64,000 bases of DNA from Thermoplasmatota archaeon. GTDB lineage: Archaea; Thermoplasmatota; Thermoplasmata; UBA10834. Made by a program: the position numbers and the translations under genes. Below, piece by piece: positions 29,634 to 39,921 of this stretch. Each line of letters begins with the position of its first letter. Position 1 is the stretch's first letter. The notes beneath the pieces are model-generated. The model did no database searches. It was not told where the DNA came from and saw only the letters and a list, made by a program, of their open reading frames with translations. The stretch spans positions 224,001-288,000 of the forward strand of contig JBFMHR010000003.1 in the NCBI GenBank assembly GCA_040751795.1. The letters are read 5' to 3'.

Positions 29634-30196
29634 GTGTCTTGGCAGCGAGGGAGGCGGACGTCGTCAGGGAGACGAGGGAGACCAGGGTCGAGGTCAGGCT
29701 GAGGCTCGACGGCCCGGGCGAGGCCAAGGCGGCCGTCCCCGACGAGTTCCTGAGGCACATGGTCGAGACCCTCTCGAAGTACTCCGGCGCCGACATCGAG
29801 TTGACGGCGAAGGGGGACCTGGCCCACCACCTGATAGAGGACGTGGCGATAACCCTGGGGCGCGCGTACCGGCAGGCGATGGGCGACGCCCCCGTGAGGC
29901 GGATCGCGAGCGCCACGGTCCCCATGGACGAGGCCCTGGTGCAGGTCACGGTCGACCTGGTCGACAGGCCGTACGCGCACCTGGAGGTGCCGGACGTGAT
30001 GTACGAGCACTTCCTGCGGTCCTTCGTCATGGAGCTACGCGCGACGGTCCACACCATCGTCATCAGGGGGAAGGACGGCCACCACATAGTGGAGGCCACT
30101 TTCAAGGCGCTCGGCCTCGCGCTCAAGGAGGCCATGCGGCCGAGCGAGTCGCTCGTCTCCACCAAATCGGACGTCGTATGGGGGACCCCAAGATGA
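29630..30196 (+). CDS. hisB: Imidazoleglycerol-phosphate dehydratase
   Basis: RETRET, HHLIED, PMDEAL, HHIVEA. Confidence 0.95.
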   Translation: MSVLAAREADVVRETRETRVEVRLRLDGPGEAKAAVPDEFLRHMVETLSKYSGADIELTAKGDLAHHLIEDVAITLGRAYRQAMGDAPVRRIASATVPMDEALVQVTVDLVDRPYAHLEVPDVMYEHFLRSFVMELRATVHTIVIRGKDGHHIVEATFKALGLALKEAMRPSESLVSTKSDVVWGTPR

Positions 30197-30957
30197 CCCT
30201 CACCAAGAGGATAATACCGTGCCTGGACGTGAAGGAGGGCGCGGTCGTCAAGGGCGTGTGCTTCAGGGACCTGAGGCAGGTGGGGGACCCGCCGACGCTC
30301 GCGGTCGAGTACCAGGCGCAGGGGGCGGACGAGATCGTGTTCCTCGACGTGAACGCCTCCGTCGCGGGGACCAGGACGATGCACGAGGCCGTCCAGAGGA
30401 CGGCGGAGCGGCTGTTCGTCCCCCTCACCGTCGGCGGCGGGATCCGCTCCTTCGAGGACGTGAGGAGTACGCTCAAGGTAGGGGCCGACAAGACCTCGAT
30501 CAACACCGCCGCGGTGCTCGACCCGTCCCTCATCTCGAGGTGCGCGGAGGCGTTCGGCAGCCAGTGCGTCGTCCTCGCCCTCGACGCGAAGAGGTCCGGC
30601 GACTCATGGGAGGTCTACACCCACTCCGGGACCAGGCCGACCGGCCTGGACGCGGTCGCATGGGCCGAAGACGCGGTCGCGAGGGGCGCGGGCGAGATAC
30701 TCCTCACGAGCATGGACGCGGACGGCACCAAGGCAGGGTACGACTTAGAGCTGACGAGGGCGGTCGCGAGGGCCGTCCGCGTGCCCGTCATAGCCTCCGG
30801 CGGCTGTGGCTCGGTCGAGGACATGGTCGAGGTCCTGACCGAGGGCGAGGCCGACGCCGCCCTCGCCGCATCCATATTCCACTACGGGCAGCACACCGTG
30901 GCGGAGGTCAAGAGGGCCTTAGAGGCGGAGGGAGTACCGGTGAGGTGGGGCTCGTGA
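30193..30957 (+). CDS. hisF: Imidazole glycerol phosphate synthase, cyclase subunit
   Basis: [26 protein letters not shown]. Confidence 0.96.
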   Translation: MTLTKRIIPCLDVKEGAVVKGVCFRDLRQVGDPPTLAVEYQAQGADEIVFLDVNASVAGTRTMHEAVQRTAERLFVPLTVGGGIRSFEDVRSTLKVGADKTSINTAAVLDPSLISRCAEAFGSQCVVLALDAKRSGDSWEVYTHSGTRPTGLDAVAWAEDAVARGAGEILLTSMDADGTKAGYDLELTRAVARAVRVPVIASGGCGSVEDMVEVLTEGEADAALAASIFHYGQHTVAEVKRALEAEGVPVRWGS

Positions 30958-31538
30958 CCGCGGAGGAGGGGAAGGGGCTGACCCCCGTGGTCGTCCAGGA
31001 CGTGCGGAACAACAACGTCCTGATGCTGGCCTACATGAACGACGAATCTCTAGAGCTGACGAGGAGAACCGGCTACATGCACTACTGGAGCCGCTCCAGG
31101 AACGCCATATGGAAGAAGGGCGAGACGTCCGGCAACCTCCAGAAGGCCGTGGAGATCCTGACGGACTGCGACGGGGACGCCCTGCTGGCCAGGGTCGAGC
31201 AGACCGGGGTCGCGTGCCATACGGGCGCCTACTCGTGCTTCGCGGAGGCCCCCATCGAACAGAGGGACGTCCTCGCCGAGCTATGGGGCGTGTTCGCCGA
31301 GCGCAAGGCCTCCCAGTGCGGGTCCAGCTACACGTGCAAGCTCATGAACGACAGGAACCTCCTCCTGAAGAAGATCGCGGAGGAGAGCTCCGAGGTGATC
31401 ATAGCCGCGAAGGACGGGGAACGCCCGCAGGTGGTGTACGAGGCCGCCGACCTGCTCTACCACCTCATGGTGCTGCTCTTCGACGAGGGCATCACGATGG
31501 ACGAGGTCAAGAAGGAACTGGAGGGACGAAGGAGATGA
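30954..31538 (+). CDS. hisIE: Bifunctional PR-AMP cyclohydrolase / PR-ATP pyrophosphatase
   Basis: KGETSGN, DCDGDA, ACHTG, then KKIAEE...EAADLLYH. Confidence 0.95.
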   Translation: MTAEEGKGLTPVVVQDVRNNNVLMLAYMNDESLELTRRTGYMHYWSRSRNAIWKKGETSGNLQKAVEILTDCDGDALLARVEQTGVACHTGAYSCFAEAPIEQRDVLAELWGVFAERKASQCGSSYTCKLMNDRNLLLKKIAEESSEVIIAAKDGERPQVVYEAADLLYHLMVLLFDEGITMDEVKKELEGRRR

Positions 31539-32203
31539 GGGCCAGGAGATGCGACTTCCACATGCACACGACGCTCAGCGACGGGGACCTGCTGCCGATG
31601 GAGCTCATAAGGAGGGCCGCCGCGTCGGACCACCGGGCGGTCGCCCTGACCGACCATGCCTCCTTCTCCAACATCGAGTTCGTGGTCAAGTCCCTGGCAA
31701 GGGACTGCGAGAAGGCGGAGAGCTGGGGCATAGAGGCGGTCCCAGGGGTGGAGCTCACCCATGTCCCCGTGAGGCACATCGACGAGGCCGTCTCCCTCGC
31801 GAGGAAGAAGGGCGCGGAGATCGTCGTGGTCCACGGGGAGACGCCGGTCGAGCCCGTCGAGCCCGGGACCGACCACGCCGCCGCCTCGAACCCGGAGGTG
31901 GACATACTCGCCCACCCGGGGATGATCTCGGAGGAGGACGTGCAGCTCGCGGCGGGCAACGGCGTCTACCTCGAGGTCTCCTGCAGGAAGGGCCACTCCC
32001 TCGCCAACGGGCACGTCGTCAACCTCGCGAGGCTGAACGGCGCGAAGCTACTGGTCAACACGGACACCCACTCCCCGTCCGACCTGAGCACCATGGAGTT
32101 CGCGAACAAGGTCGCGAGGGGCTCGGGGATGACCCCGGACGAGGTCAGGGCCGCGCTGGTCTCCAACGCCGAGGAGCTCCTGAAGAGGCTCCGGCGGCTC
32201 TGA
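31535..32203 (+). CDS. PHP-family phosphoesterase, probable histidinol-phosphatase
   Basis: DFHMH, TDHA, GVELTH, AHPG, TDTH; ATGA-coupled to hisIE. Confidence 0.85.
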   Translation: MRARRCDFHMHTTLSDGDLLPMELIRRAAASDHRAVALTDHASFSNIEFVVKSLARDCEKAESWGIEAVPGVELTHVPVRHIDEAVSLARKKGAEIVVVHGETPVEPVEPGTDHAAASNPEVDILAHPGMISEEDVQLAAGNGVYLEVSCRKGHSLANGHVVNLARLNGAKLLVNTDTHSPSDLSTMEFANKVARGSGMTPDEVRAALVSNAEELLKRLRRL

Positions 32204-32274
32204 GTCATCGGGTTATTAAGCCGACTGCAGAACCTTATTAACAGCGCCCGCCCTCCCCTCTAGGGGACGAAGAC

Positions 32275-32670
32275 ATGACGATAGTGAGCATATCGGTCCC
32301 GGAGGACCTGCTCAAGCGGTTCGACGAGGCCTCCTCGGCGAAGGGCTTCAGGACGAGGTCCGACTCCGTGAGGGAGGCCATGAGGGCCGCCGTGGACGAG
32401 GACGCCTGGAACGACTCCGAGGGGGAGAACCAGATTGTGATCACCATGGTCTACGACGAGGCCGGGCCCCGGGGGGAGCTCTCCGTGCTGCAGCACAGGT
32501 ACGAGGAGGTCCAGATGATGCTGCACCTGCACCTCGAGAAGGGGCAGTGCATGGAGGTCTTCATAGCCCGCGGCTCGAACGCGGTGCTGAGGGAGATCCT
32601 CGGGAAGATCAGGAAGGTCAAGGGGGTGAGGTCGATACGGTTTATATCGACCTCGGGGCCGTCCAACTGA
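32275..32670 (+). CDS. nikR: NikR-family ribbon-helix-helix regulator
   Basis: IVSIS...RSDSVR RHH; QH and HLH...C nickel ligands. Confidence 0.85.
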   Translation: MTIVSISVPEDLLKRFDEASSAKGFRTRSDSVREAMRAAVDEDAWNDSEGENQIVITMVYDEAGPRGELSVLQHRYEEVQMMLHLHLEKGQCMEVFIARGSNAVLREILGKIRKVKGVRSIRFISTSGPSN

Positions 32671-32734
32671 CAGTGGCTCCCGCTGGCATCCTCTGGACCG
32701 TGGGCCGGAGTCGCCCGGCCGGCCTGCCGCGGGG

Positions 32735-33952
32735 CTACTTGCTGATCCTCATCCACCCGCAGGTCATGAGGTTGTACAGCACCAGGAACTCCCCCCACCC
32801 GCTGTCCTCCGCGAACGCGATGGTGCGGTAGGTCTCGTAGCTGGTCCTGAACGCCTGGTTGTGCGAGCCCCAGTATATGGACACGCCTCCGCAGGCGGAG
32901 GTCCTGTCCGGGTTGTAGACGTACTTGACCGCGCCCTCGATCAGATCCATCATGGCCTGGGTGGTCTCCATGAGCTCCTCGTCCTCGGCCATCTCCTTGT
33001 CGTCCATGATGTGCCTCCCGAGGTCGACCATGTCGACCTGGTAGTGAGAGCCGCAGGAGACGTAGTAGCTGTCCCTCAGCGCCATCCTGTAGTTGGATGT
33101 GAAGTGCTCGAGCCCCTCGACCATCTGCTCGACCCAGGCCGAGATGACGTCCAGCGACTCAGCCATCTCCATCACGTCCACGACCCCGAGGGTGCAGTAC
33201 CAGCCCCACTCCAGCGGCTCGTAGACCTCGATCCAGCCGTCGACCATGTCGACGGCCACCTGGTCCGGGGTCCTCGACGGGTCGAGGGCGACGGGCGTGA
33301 ACATCCTGTCGTAGGGGAACCCGTCCCCCGCGACGAGCTCCTCCGAGGCCACGAGCAGCTCGACCAGCCCGGTCTGGGCCGCCTGGTAGACCATCTCTAT
33401 GCTCGAGCAGGAGCAGGCGTCGAACGCGAGTATGTCGATGTACACGCCGGCCCCGACTATGGCGTCCTCCATCTCCTGGAGGGTTATGTGGTCGCCGCCG
33501 GACGAGTCGTCCCAGCAGAAGCCCTTCCAGGCGCTCCCGTGGTCCCACGGTATGACGACCAGGTGGTCCGCCGGGTAGTATGTGTCGACCTCCGTGAGGA
33601 ACCACTGGAAGGTCGCGCCGTCCCCGAAGTTCTTCTCGGGGTAGGACTCGACGACCTCGAACGAACCCCCGGAGATCTCCACCCTCTCGACGCCCTCCAC
33701 GCTGAACCTGTCGATCATCGCGACGATGTTGAGCCCGTCGCTCTCGGGTATGTTCAGGAGGTACGGGAGGCTGGGATCGTCCCAGTACATCTCCAGGTTG
33801 CAGTCCGCATCGACGTAGAGCGCGATGGTCCACGTCCCCTCGGAATCGGTCTCGCTGACATCGCTCACGGTCCCCCCCAGCGAAAAGCCGGGTAGGAGCA
33901 TCACGAAGGCTAAAGCCAAACTCGCCACAAGGCTGCCACGCCTGACCTCCAC
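32735..33952 (-). CDS. Secreted clostripain-family (C11) cysteine peptidase
   Basis: Signal peptide; WDHG (His) and FDAC (Cys), ASEE. Confidence 0.88.
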   Translation of the reverse strand: MEVRRGSLVASLALAFVMLLPGFSLGGTVSDVSETDSEGTWTIALYVDADCNLEMYWDDPSLPYLLNIPESDGLNIVAMIDRFSVEGVERVEISGGSFEVVESYPEKNFGDGATFQWFLTEVDTYYPADHLVVIPWDHGSAWKGFCWDDSSGGDHITLQEMEDAIVGAGVYIDILAFDACSCSSIEMVYQAAQTGLVELLVASEELVAGDGFPYDRMFTPVALDPSRTPDQVAVDMVDGWIEVYEPLEWGWYCTLGVVDVMEMAESLDVISAWVEQMVEGLEHFTSNYRMALRDSYYVSCGSHYQVDMVDLGRHIMDDKEMAEDEELMETTQAMMDLIEGAVKYVYNPDRTSACGGVSIYWGSHNQAFRTSYETYRTIAFAEDSGWGEFLVLYNLMTCGWMRISK

Positions 33953-34099
33953 TAAGACTCCCCCTCTTGCCGGGCGCCCATGAGGGCCCCGCCAGCCCTC
34001 GAATCTCGCTTGCGCTATTAAACGGTGCCCATCGGAGGGCGGGGCGGTCCGGCTGAGAATGAATGTGAAATGGTTTCCAGAAAGGGTTTCACCGCACCT

Positions 34100-35284
34100 T
34101 CAGCCCCGGTACCCGTCGAGGAACGCCCACCAGCCCATGTCCTGGGCGTAGGCGACCTCAGCGTAGGCCTCGGAGTAGGCCTTCCAGTCCCCGTCGACGC
34201 CCCACCAGAGGGTCAGGCCGCGGTTGTCCAGCGCCGCGCTGCCTCCCCAATGGGCGATGACCGACCCGTCGACAGCGACCACCATCGCGGAGGTGGAGGC
34301 CCTGAGCGACTCATCGGTCATGGAGGGGTCCGCGAGGATGGTGTCCCCGAGGTCCGCTATGTCCACGTGGTAGTGGGTGCACCAGGCGATGTACGATTCC
34401 CTGAGGGACTGCTTGTAGCTGTCCTCGTAGAGCGGCAGGCAGGCGAGCATCGAGGCCGTCCACGCCTGGAGCTCGTCCGCCGCCTCGAGCACTGCCGGCA
34501 CGCTGACGGCGGAGAGCGATACGGTCGACGCCCACGTCTGCGGCTCGTAGAACGCCTGGAACGCGAGGACCATGTCCGTCGCCATCTCGGCCGGCGTCCT
34601 CGACGCGTCCTCGGCGGTCGGCAGGAACATGGTGTCGTACGGGAACCCGGTCGTCGGCACGGACTCCTCCGACGCCACGATTATGCCCGCCATCCCCGTG
34701 AGGGCGACCTGGTACTCCACCTCGATGGACGCCATGTTGCAGGCGTCGAACGCCAGCACGTCGATGTAGACGCCGGCCCCCTCGATCGCCGCCTGGAACT
34801 CTGGCATGGTGATCCTGTCGCCGCCGGAGGAGTCGTCGTCGCTGATGTACCTCCAGGCGTAGCCGTGGTCCCAAGCTATGACCGCGAGCTTGTCGGACGG
34901 GTAGTTGAGCGCCACGTCCTCGAGGAACCACTCGAAGGTGGGCCCGTCCCCGAAGTTCATCTCATCGTAGGTGGCCGCGGTGGTGGGCACGCCCCCGGAG
35001 ATCTCGACGACCTCGGTGCCATCCACGCTCAGCCTGTCTATGTACGCGACTATGCTGAGGTCCTCGTTGGCCGGCAGGCTCAGCAGGCCGGGCAGGCTGG
35101 CGCTGTCCCAGTAGCCCTCAAGGTTGTTGTCCCCGCTCACGAAGATGGCGAGCGTCCAAGACTCCGATACGACGCCGGCCCCTCCCTGGTAGTAAGGCCC
35201 GTTCTGCGCCATCGATGCCCCGGGCGCGGCGAACACCGCTACCGACATCAGGCAAGAGAACAGGACCACCGATTCCTTCCTCAT
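34100..35284 (-). CDS. Secreted clostripain-family (C11) peptidase, paralog
   Basis: Signal peptide; DNNLE, WDHG, FDACNM, ASEE. Confidence 0.88.
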   Translation of the reverse strand: MRKESVVLFSCLMSVAVFAAPGASMAQNGPYYQGGAGVVSESWTLAIFVSGDNNLEGYWDSASLPGLLSLPANEDLSIVAYIDRLSVDGTEVVEISGGVPTTAATYDEMNFGDGPTFEWFLEDVALNYPSDKLAVIAWDHGYAWRYISDDDSSGGDRITMPEFQAAIEGAGVYIDVLAFDACNMASIEVEYQVALTGMAGIIVASEESVPTTGFPYDTMFLPTAEDASRTPAEMATDMVLAFQAFYEPQTWASTVSLSAVSVPAVLEAADELQAWTASMLACLPLYEDSYKQSLRESYIAWCTHYHVDIADLGDTILADPSMTDESLRASTSAMVVAVDGSVIAHWGGSAALDNRGLTLWWGVDGDWKAYSEAYAEVAYAQDMGWWAFLDGYRG

Positions 35285-35506
35285 GCGAATCTCCCCCGTA
35301 GAGACCCAGAACCCGTCTTGGACGGGTCAGGCCCAGCCGGCAATGAGCGCCGCGCTATATGTACCTGCCCGGGCGGGCTCCCGCCGCATACTGACCACCC
35401 TCCGGGAGGCCGTCACCTGTGGGGCGGGGGTGGTGTTTTTAGCGCACAACTCTATACATCCCCCGCCCCGGGTTCTTGCCGGGGCAGCGAGGGGGGAAGA
35501 CACCGA

Positions 35507-37684
35507 ATGACCAACGGGTTTGCGAGAGTCATGGTCGCGGTATGCATCGCTCTCCTGGTCGCCCTGCCGGCCGCTGCGCTGGCGGGAGGCCCGAAGAGGG
35601 GGGACATCACCGCGTCAGTTGTCGAACGCCTGGACATGGGGTACGCCCAGGAGATTATCGAGGATGTCTGCGCAATGGGCGACAGCGACATCGGCTTCAG
35701 GGGCGCGGGCGGGTCCGCGGACCAGGAGGCTGCCACATACCTCGCCGAGCAGATGGAGGCGATAGGCCTGGTCGATGTTGTCCTCGAGGAGGTCCCCGTC
35801 AACACCTGGGAGTTCAGGGGAGCCTACCTGGACGTGCCCGGGATGGAACGGATGGTCGCAGCCTCCTTCGGGGGGTTCCCGGGGACAGACGACCAGTCGA
35901 CGCCCGACTTGCACGAAGCGCTCCAGGGCGAGGTCGTGTGGGTCAACAACGGCTACGACTCGGACTACCTGGGCAAGGACGTCGCGGGGAAGCTGGTGCT
36001 CGTCAACTGGATCGGGTACGACTACTGGGTCGACTCCATAGCCTACGGCGCGTGGGAGCACGGCGCCAAGGGCATCATCGTCACGACGATAGACTCCAAC
36101 GTGGGGCAGAACGACTGGGCCCTCTCGTGCCATGACGGGCTCTACGTGACGGGGTGGCCGCCACTGATATCCATCAGCCCCGAGAACGCCACGAGGATCA
36201 TCGACGTGCTCGAGACGGGGCAGAGCCTCGCCGTCACGATGTACAGCGACATCCTCAAGCTGCCGGAGCTCGCGGGGACCGGCTACAACCCGGTGGGGTA
36301 CCTCCCGAGCAAGCACTACGGGACCCAGAAGGACGAGTTCGTCATCTTCGGCCCGCACCACGACGCATGGTTCCAGGGTGCGATGGACGACACCTCCGGG
36401 ATGGCCGCCCTCCTCGTGGTCGCCAAGGCCATGAGGGAGGTCATGGACGAGACGGGCTGGGTCCCGGACCGGACCGTGATATTCACTTCGCACACGGCCG
36501 AGGAGTACGGCCTGGACAACACCTACTACGACTGGTGCTGGGGCGCATACTACCAGATCAACGTCGAGCACGCGGACGACTGGATCGGGAGGACCGTGGG
36601 CTACCTCTGCATGGAGCTGATGGGCATGGCGGGCGAACCGGTCTACATCAACTGCGTCCCCGAGCTCTACACCTTCACGAGGGACGTCCTCGCCGACAAC
36701 GTCGAGAACCTCCCGTACGGGTCCACGGTGGACAACAACGCACACACCTGGGCGGACCACTGGACTTTCTCGGCCGCGGGCGTCCCCGGAATCGAGTTCG
36801 AGACGGTGAGCGAGGAGTGGGAGGAGTACTACTACCACACCCAGTGCGACGCACCGGACATCATCGACTACCCCTACCTGGAGCAGTGCTTCGCAATCGT
36901 ATCGGACATGACCGTCCGGATGGTGACGGAGCCGGTCGCGCCGTACGACTTCGAGACGCTCGCGACGGACCTGAGCTCCCACCTCCTCCACGAGGAGGAG
37001 CTGTGGGGCGTCGCCGCCCTCGACGAGATATACGCCCACTTCGGGATGAGCACGGGGAACAGGGACAGGCTCCTGAGCGAGGCCGCGATGTTCCAGGAGA
37101 ACACCGCCGCGCTGAAGGCCGCACTGGCGACGGTGAATCCGGCGAAGGCCCACGATGTCAACGTCGAGCTGATGGACATCGTCGGGACCCTGGACACGTC
37201 CCTCATCGCCATAGGCGTGTGGGAGCAGGACTGGTACCCCTACCAGCAGCCGATAAACGACGTCTACCACCTCTGGTGGGCGCTGGAGAAGCTCTGGGCC
37301 AAGATGGACGGGACCGGCGACGACATGGGCCTCGGGACGCTGAACTGGGTCGGCATGACCTGGTACTACGCCTACTCCTCGTACGGCAACTACATGGACC
37401 AACGGGACAGGCTGACCGGGGACAGGGTCGCCTCCTGGGGCCTCCAGACCCACCTGCAGCCCGCGGTGGACATCTGGTGGGAGTACGACGCGCTCATGAG
37501 CGTCAAGGGGCCGGACGGGCCGACGTTCGAGGAAGTGCTGTGGGTCGTGCCGTCGCTCGAGGACGTGCTCGGCGGGACCGCGCTCGTGCAGCTCGAGGAC
37601 TCCTTCGTCCTGATGTGGACGGCGATAGAGGAGGCCAACGGCCAGATCGAGGAGCTCGTGGACGGCCTGTCGAAGGGGAGCTGA
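35507..37684 (+). CDS. Secreted M28 metallopeptidase with PA domain
   Basis: Signal peptide; HHD, GAMDD, AEEYG, ADH, YYHT; real start ATG 35507. Confidence 0.88.
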   Translation: MTNGFARVMVAVCIALLVALPAAALAGGPKRGDITASVVERLDMGYAQEIIEDVCAMGDSDIGFRGAGGSADQEAATYLAEQMEAIGLVDVVLEEVPVNTWEFRGAYLDVPGMERMVAASFGGFPGTDDQSTPDLHEALQGEVVWVNNGYDSDYLGKDVAGKLVLVNWIGYDYWVDSIAYGAWEHGAKGIIVTTIDSNVGQNDWALSCHDGLYVTGWPPLISISPENATRIIDVLETGQSLAVTMYSDILKLPELAGTGYNPVGYLPSKHYGTQKDEFVIFGPHHDAWFQGAMDDTSGMAALLVVAKAMREVMDETGWVPDRTVIFTSHTAEEYGLDNTYYDWCWGAYYQINVEHADDWIGRTVGYLCMELMGMAGEPVYINCVPELYTFTRDVLADNVENLPYGSTVDNNAHTWADHWTFSAAGVPGIEFETVSEEWEEYYYHTQCDAPDIIDYPYLEQCFAIVSDMTVRMVTEPVAPYDFETLATDLSSHLLHEEELWGVAALDEIYAHFGMSTGNRDRLLSEAAMFQENTAALKAALATVNPAKAHDVNVELMDIVGTLDTSLIAIGVWEQDWYPYQQPINDVYHLWWALEKLWAKMDGTGDDMGLGTLNWVGMTWYYAYSSYGNYMDQRDRLTGDRVASWGLQTHLQPAVDIWWEYDALMSVKGPDGPTFEEVLWVVPSLEDVLGGTALVQLEDSFVLMWTAIEEANGQIEELVDGLSKGS

Positions 37685-37763
37685 GGTTCCCCCGCAACAG
37701 CTGCGTGAAACCCTTTCCCTATCCCAATTTCCATGCGCGCGGGACCGATTCTGAGAATGTGAG

Positions 37764-37865
37764 TGCTCCCGCCGGGATTTGAACCCGGGTATCGAGCTTT
37801 CACCGGCCTGCTGCGAGAGCAGCCTCGAGAGGCTCGAATGATTGGCCGGACTACACTACGGGAGC
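37764..37865 (-). tRNA. tRNA-Glu(CTC) with 27-nt intron (37799-37825)
   Basis: GCTCCCG/CGGGAGC acceptor stem, GTTCAAATC T-loop, CGAGC/GCTCG anticodon stem, intron at 37/38. Confidence 0.92.
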
Positions 37866-37921
37866 CTGGTGACTCCAAGCAAACGGAATGTGTTACATAA
37901 ACCTTTGGGGGGTGGTCGGGC

Positions 37922-38740
37922 TCAGACGTCCTCGTCCCCTTCGCGCCAGTCGAGCCCCGGCGTCCTCAGCCCGACCTTCGCCACGGCCGGGAACTTGCGC
38001 TTGTGGGAGCTCATGCGGACCATCCTGGAGACCCGCTCGACCTCCTCCTCCGTGGCCCCCGCCCTCCGGGCCACCTCCGCCTCGGGGAGCCCCTGCTCGA
38101 TCCCGTGGAGGATGGCGTCCAGACGGGCGTAGGCTATCCCCATCTCCCCCTCGTCCGTCTGCCCCTTCCAAAGCCCGGCCGAGGGGGCCTTCGTCACGAG
38201 CTTCTCGGGCAGCCCGAGCACGCGCGCGAGCTCCCAGACCTCGGTCTTGTAGAGGTCCCCTATCGGCTCCAGGTCCGCGGCCCCGTCCCCGTGCTTGGTG
38301 AAGTAGCCCACGAGCATCTCGCTCTTGTTCGATGTCCCGAGGACGAGCCTGCCCTGGGTGCCGGCCCGGTTGTACAGGAGTATCATCCTGCACCTCGCCT
38401 TGATGTTGGCGAGGGCCATCCGGTCGGCCTTGGCCCCCGCGGCCTTCGCCAGCGCCTCCACGGGGCCGGTGATGTCGATGACCTCGTGCTCTACGCCAAG
38501 GCCCCTGCACAGCTCCTCCGCGTCCCGCAAGTCCTCCTTTGGGGAGTCCTTCTCTGGCATCAGGAGGCCGAGGACCCGGTCCGCGCCGACCGCGTTCACG
38601 GCCAGCTTCAGCACCACGGCGGAGTCCACGCCCCCGCTCACCCCGAGCACGTACCCCTTCGCACCGGCCTTCCTCAGCTTCTCGGCCAGGAAGTGCTGGA
38701 TGACCTTGTCTGTCCCGTCCCTGAGCTTCGGAGGCGTCAT
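37922..38740 (-). CDS. nadE: NAD+ synthetase (no glutaminase domain)
   Basis: SGGVDS, NIKARCR, GYFTKHGDG, PSAGLW. Confidence 0.95.
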   Translation of the reverse strand: MTPPKLRDGTDKVIQHFLAEKLRKAGAKGYVLGVSGGVDSAVVLKLAVNAVGADRVLGLLMPEKDSPKEDLRDAEELCRGLGVEHEVIDITGPVEALAKAAGAKADRMALANIKARCRMILLYNRAGTQGRLVLGTSNKSEMLVGYFTKHGDGAADLEPIGDLYKTEVWELARVLGLPEKLVTKAPSAGLWKGQTDEGEMGIAYARLDAILHGIEQGLPEAEVARRAGATEEEVERVSRMVRMSSHKRKFPAVAKVGLRTPGLDWREGDEDV

Positions 38741-38823
38741 CGGCGTTGGGATGGCATGGTCTGGATATATCCGTTATGGTGCCGGGGTGGGTCGCTCATA
38801 AACAATAATCTACGCGGAGGGCG

Positions 38824-39663
38824 ATGATGAGCCCGATGACCGGGACCGTGATCACCCTGGCGCAGGTCAAGTCGCAGCTCCACGACAAGGAGGCGAACCT
38901 CAAGCGCATGGCGTCCGTCGTCCGCAGCACCAGGGGGAGGGTCGTGGTCTTCCCGGAGCTGAACCTCACCGGCTACCTCCCCAGGGACGACCTGTTCAAG
39001 CTGTCCGAGCCAGCGGACGGGCCCAGCGTCAAGGCGGTCTCCAGGCTCGCGAGGTCGACGAAGAAGGACATAGTCTTCGGGGCGCCGATCCGGGACGACA
39101 AGGTCCACGGGCACCTCTTCAACTCCTGCATCCTCGCATCGGGCGACGGGAGGGTCTTCCGCTACGACAAGATGTACCTCCCGAACTTCGGCCCGTTCGA
39201 GGAGAGGGTGTTCTTCTCCGGGGGAGGGGAGGCGGTCGTGGCCCAGGGGATGCACGCGCGCCTGGGGCTCATGGTCTGCTACGACATGTTCTTCCCGGAG
39301 CTGGCGAAACTGGAGTCCCTCATGGGGGCGCAGGTGCTCGTGAACATCTCCGCCTCCCCGACGACCTCCAGGCCCAGCTTCGAGAGGGTGATGCCCGCCC
39401 GGGCGGTCGAGAACGGCGTCTTCCTGGCCTACGCCAACATGGTCGGGGTGCACGGCTCCCTCGTGTTCGGTGGCGGCAGCGTCATCTACGGCCCGAGGGG
39501 GGACCTCATGGCATCTGCCAGGGATCTCGAGGAGGACGTGGTGGAGCACGAGGTGGACTTCGCGGACATCGAGGTCGCCAGGAGGTTCAGGCCCCTCCTC
39601 AGGGACAGCAGGCCCGAGATAATGGACCGGCTCGGAGAGGCCCTGCGCGGCGGCGGCACATAG
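38824..39663 (+). CDS. Nitrilase/carbon-nitrogen hydrolase
   Basis: FPE, YDKMYLP, VCYD (Glu-Lys-Cys triad). Confidence 0.92.
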   Translation: MMSPMTGTVITLAQVKSQLHDKEANLKRMASVVRSTRGRVVVFPELNLTGYLPRDDLFKLSEPADGPSVKAVSRLARSTKKDIVFGAPIRDDKVHGHLFNSCILASGDGRVFRYDKMYLPNFGPFEERVFFSGGGEAVVAQGMHARLGLMVCYDMFFPELAKLESLMGAQVLVNISASPTTSRPSFERVMPARAVENGVFLAYANMVGVHGSLVFGGGSVIYGPRGDLMASARDLEEDVVEHEVDFADIEVARRFRPLLRDSRPEIMDRLGEALRGGGT

Positions 39664-39740
39664 GGGCGCCAGGGGAGCGGCCGGCTCGGCGCCCGGGGCG
39701 GATATTCTTAAATACGGACACCCTTTTGATGGTCACCCAA

Positions 39741-39847
39741 GCTGAGGTGGCCCAGCCCGGTAAGGCGCGAGCCTGGAAGCTCCGATGCCTACGCCAGCGA
39801 GCTCGTGGCGCGTTAGCGCCTCGGGAGTTCAAATCTCCCCCTCAGCG
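39741..39847 (+). tRNA. tRNA-Ser(GGA) with 21-nt intron (39779-39799)
   Basis: GCTGAGG/CCTCAGC acceptor stem, long variable arm, CTGG/CCAG splice helix; TTTAAATA-like TATA upstream. Confidence 0.93.
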
Positions 39848-39921
39848 CCCACCCCACCCCGCCAGGTCCCGTATTCGGGGAAGGTACTTTTACCCCACAC
39901 ATTGATTAAATCTGGCTCCCC

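Noticed and set aside
34025-35506. N-terminal ~490 aa of the 1219-aa ORF
   Set aside because: Antisense of the clostripain gene; the true M28 start with signal peptide is 35507
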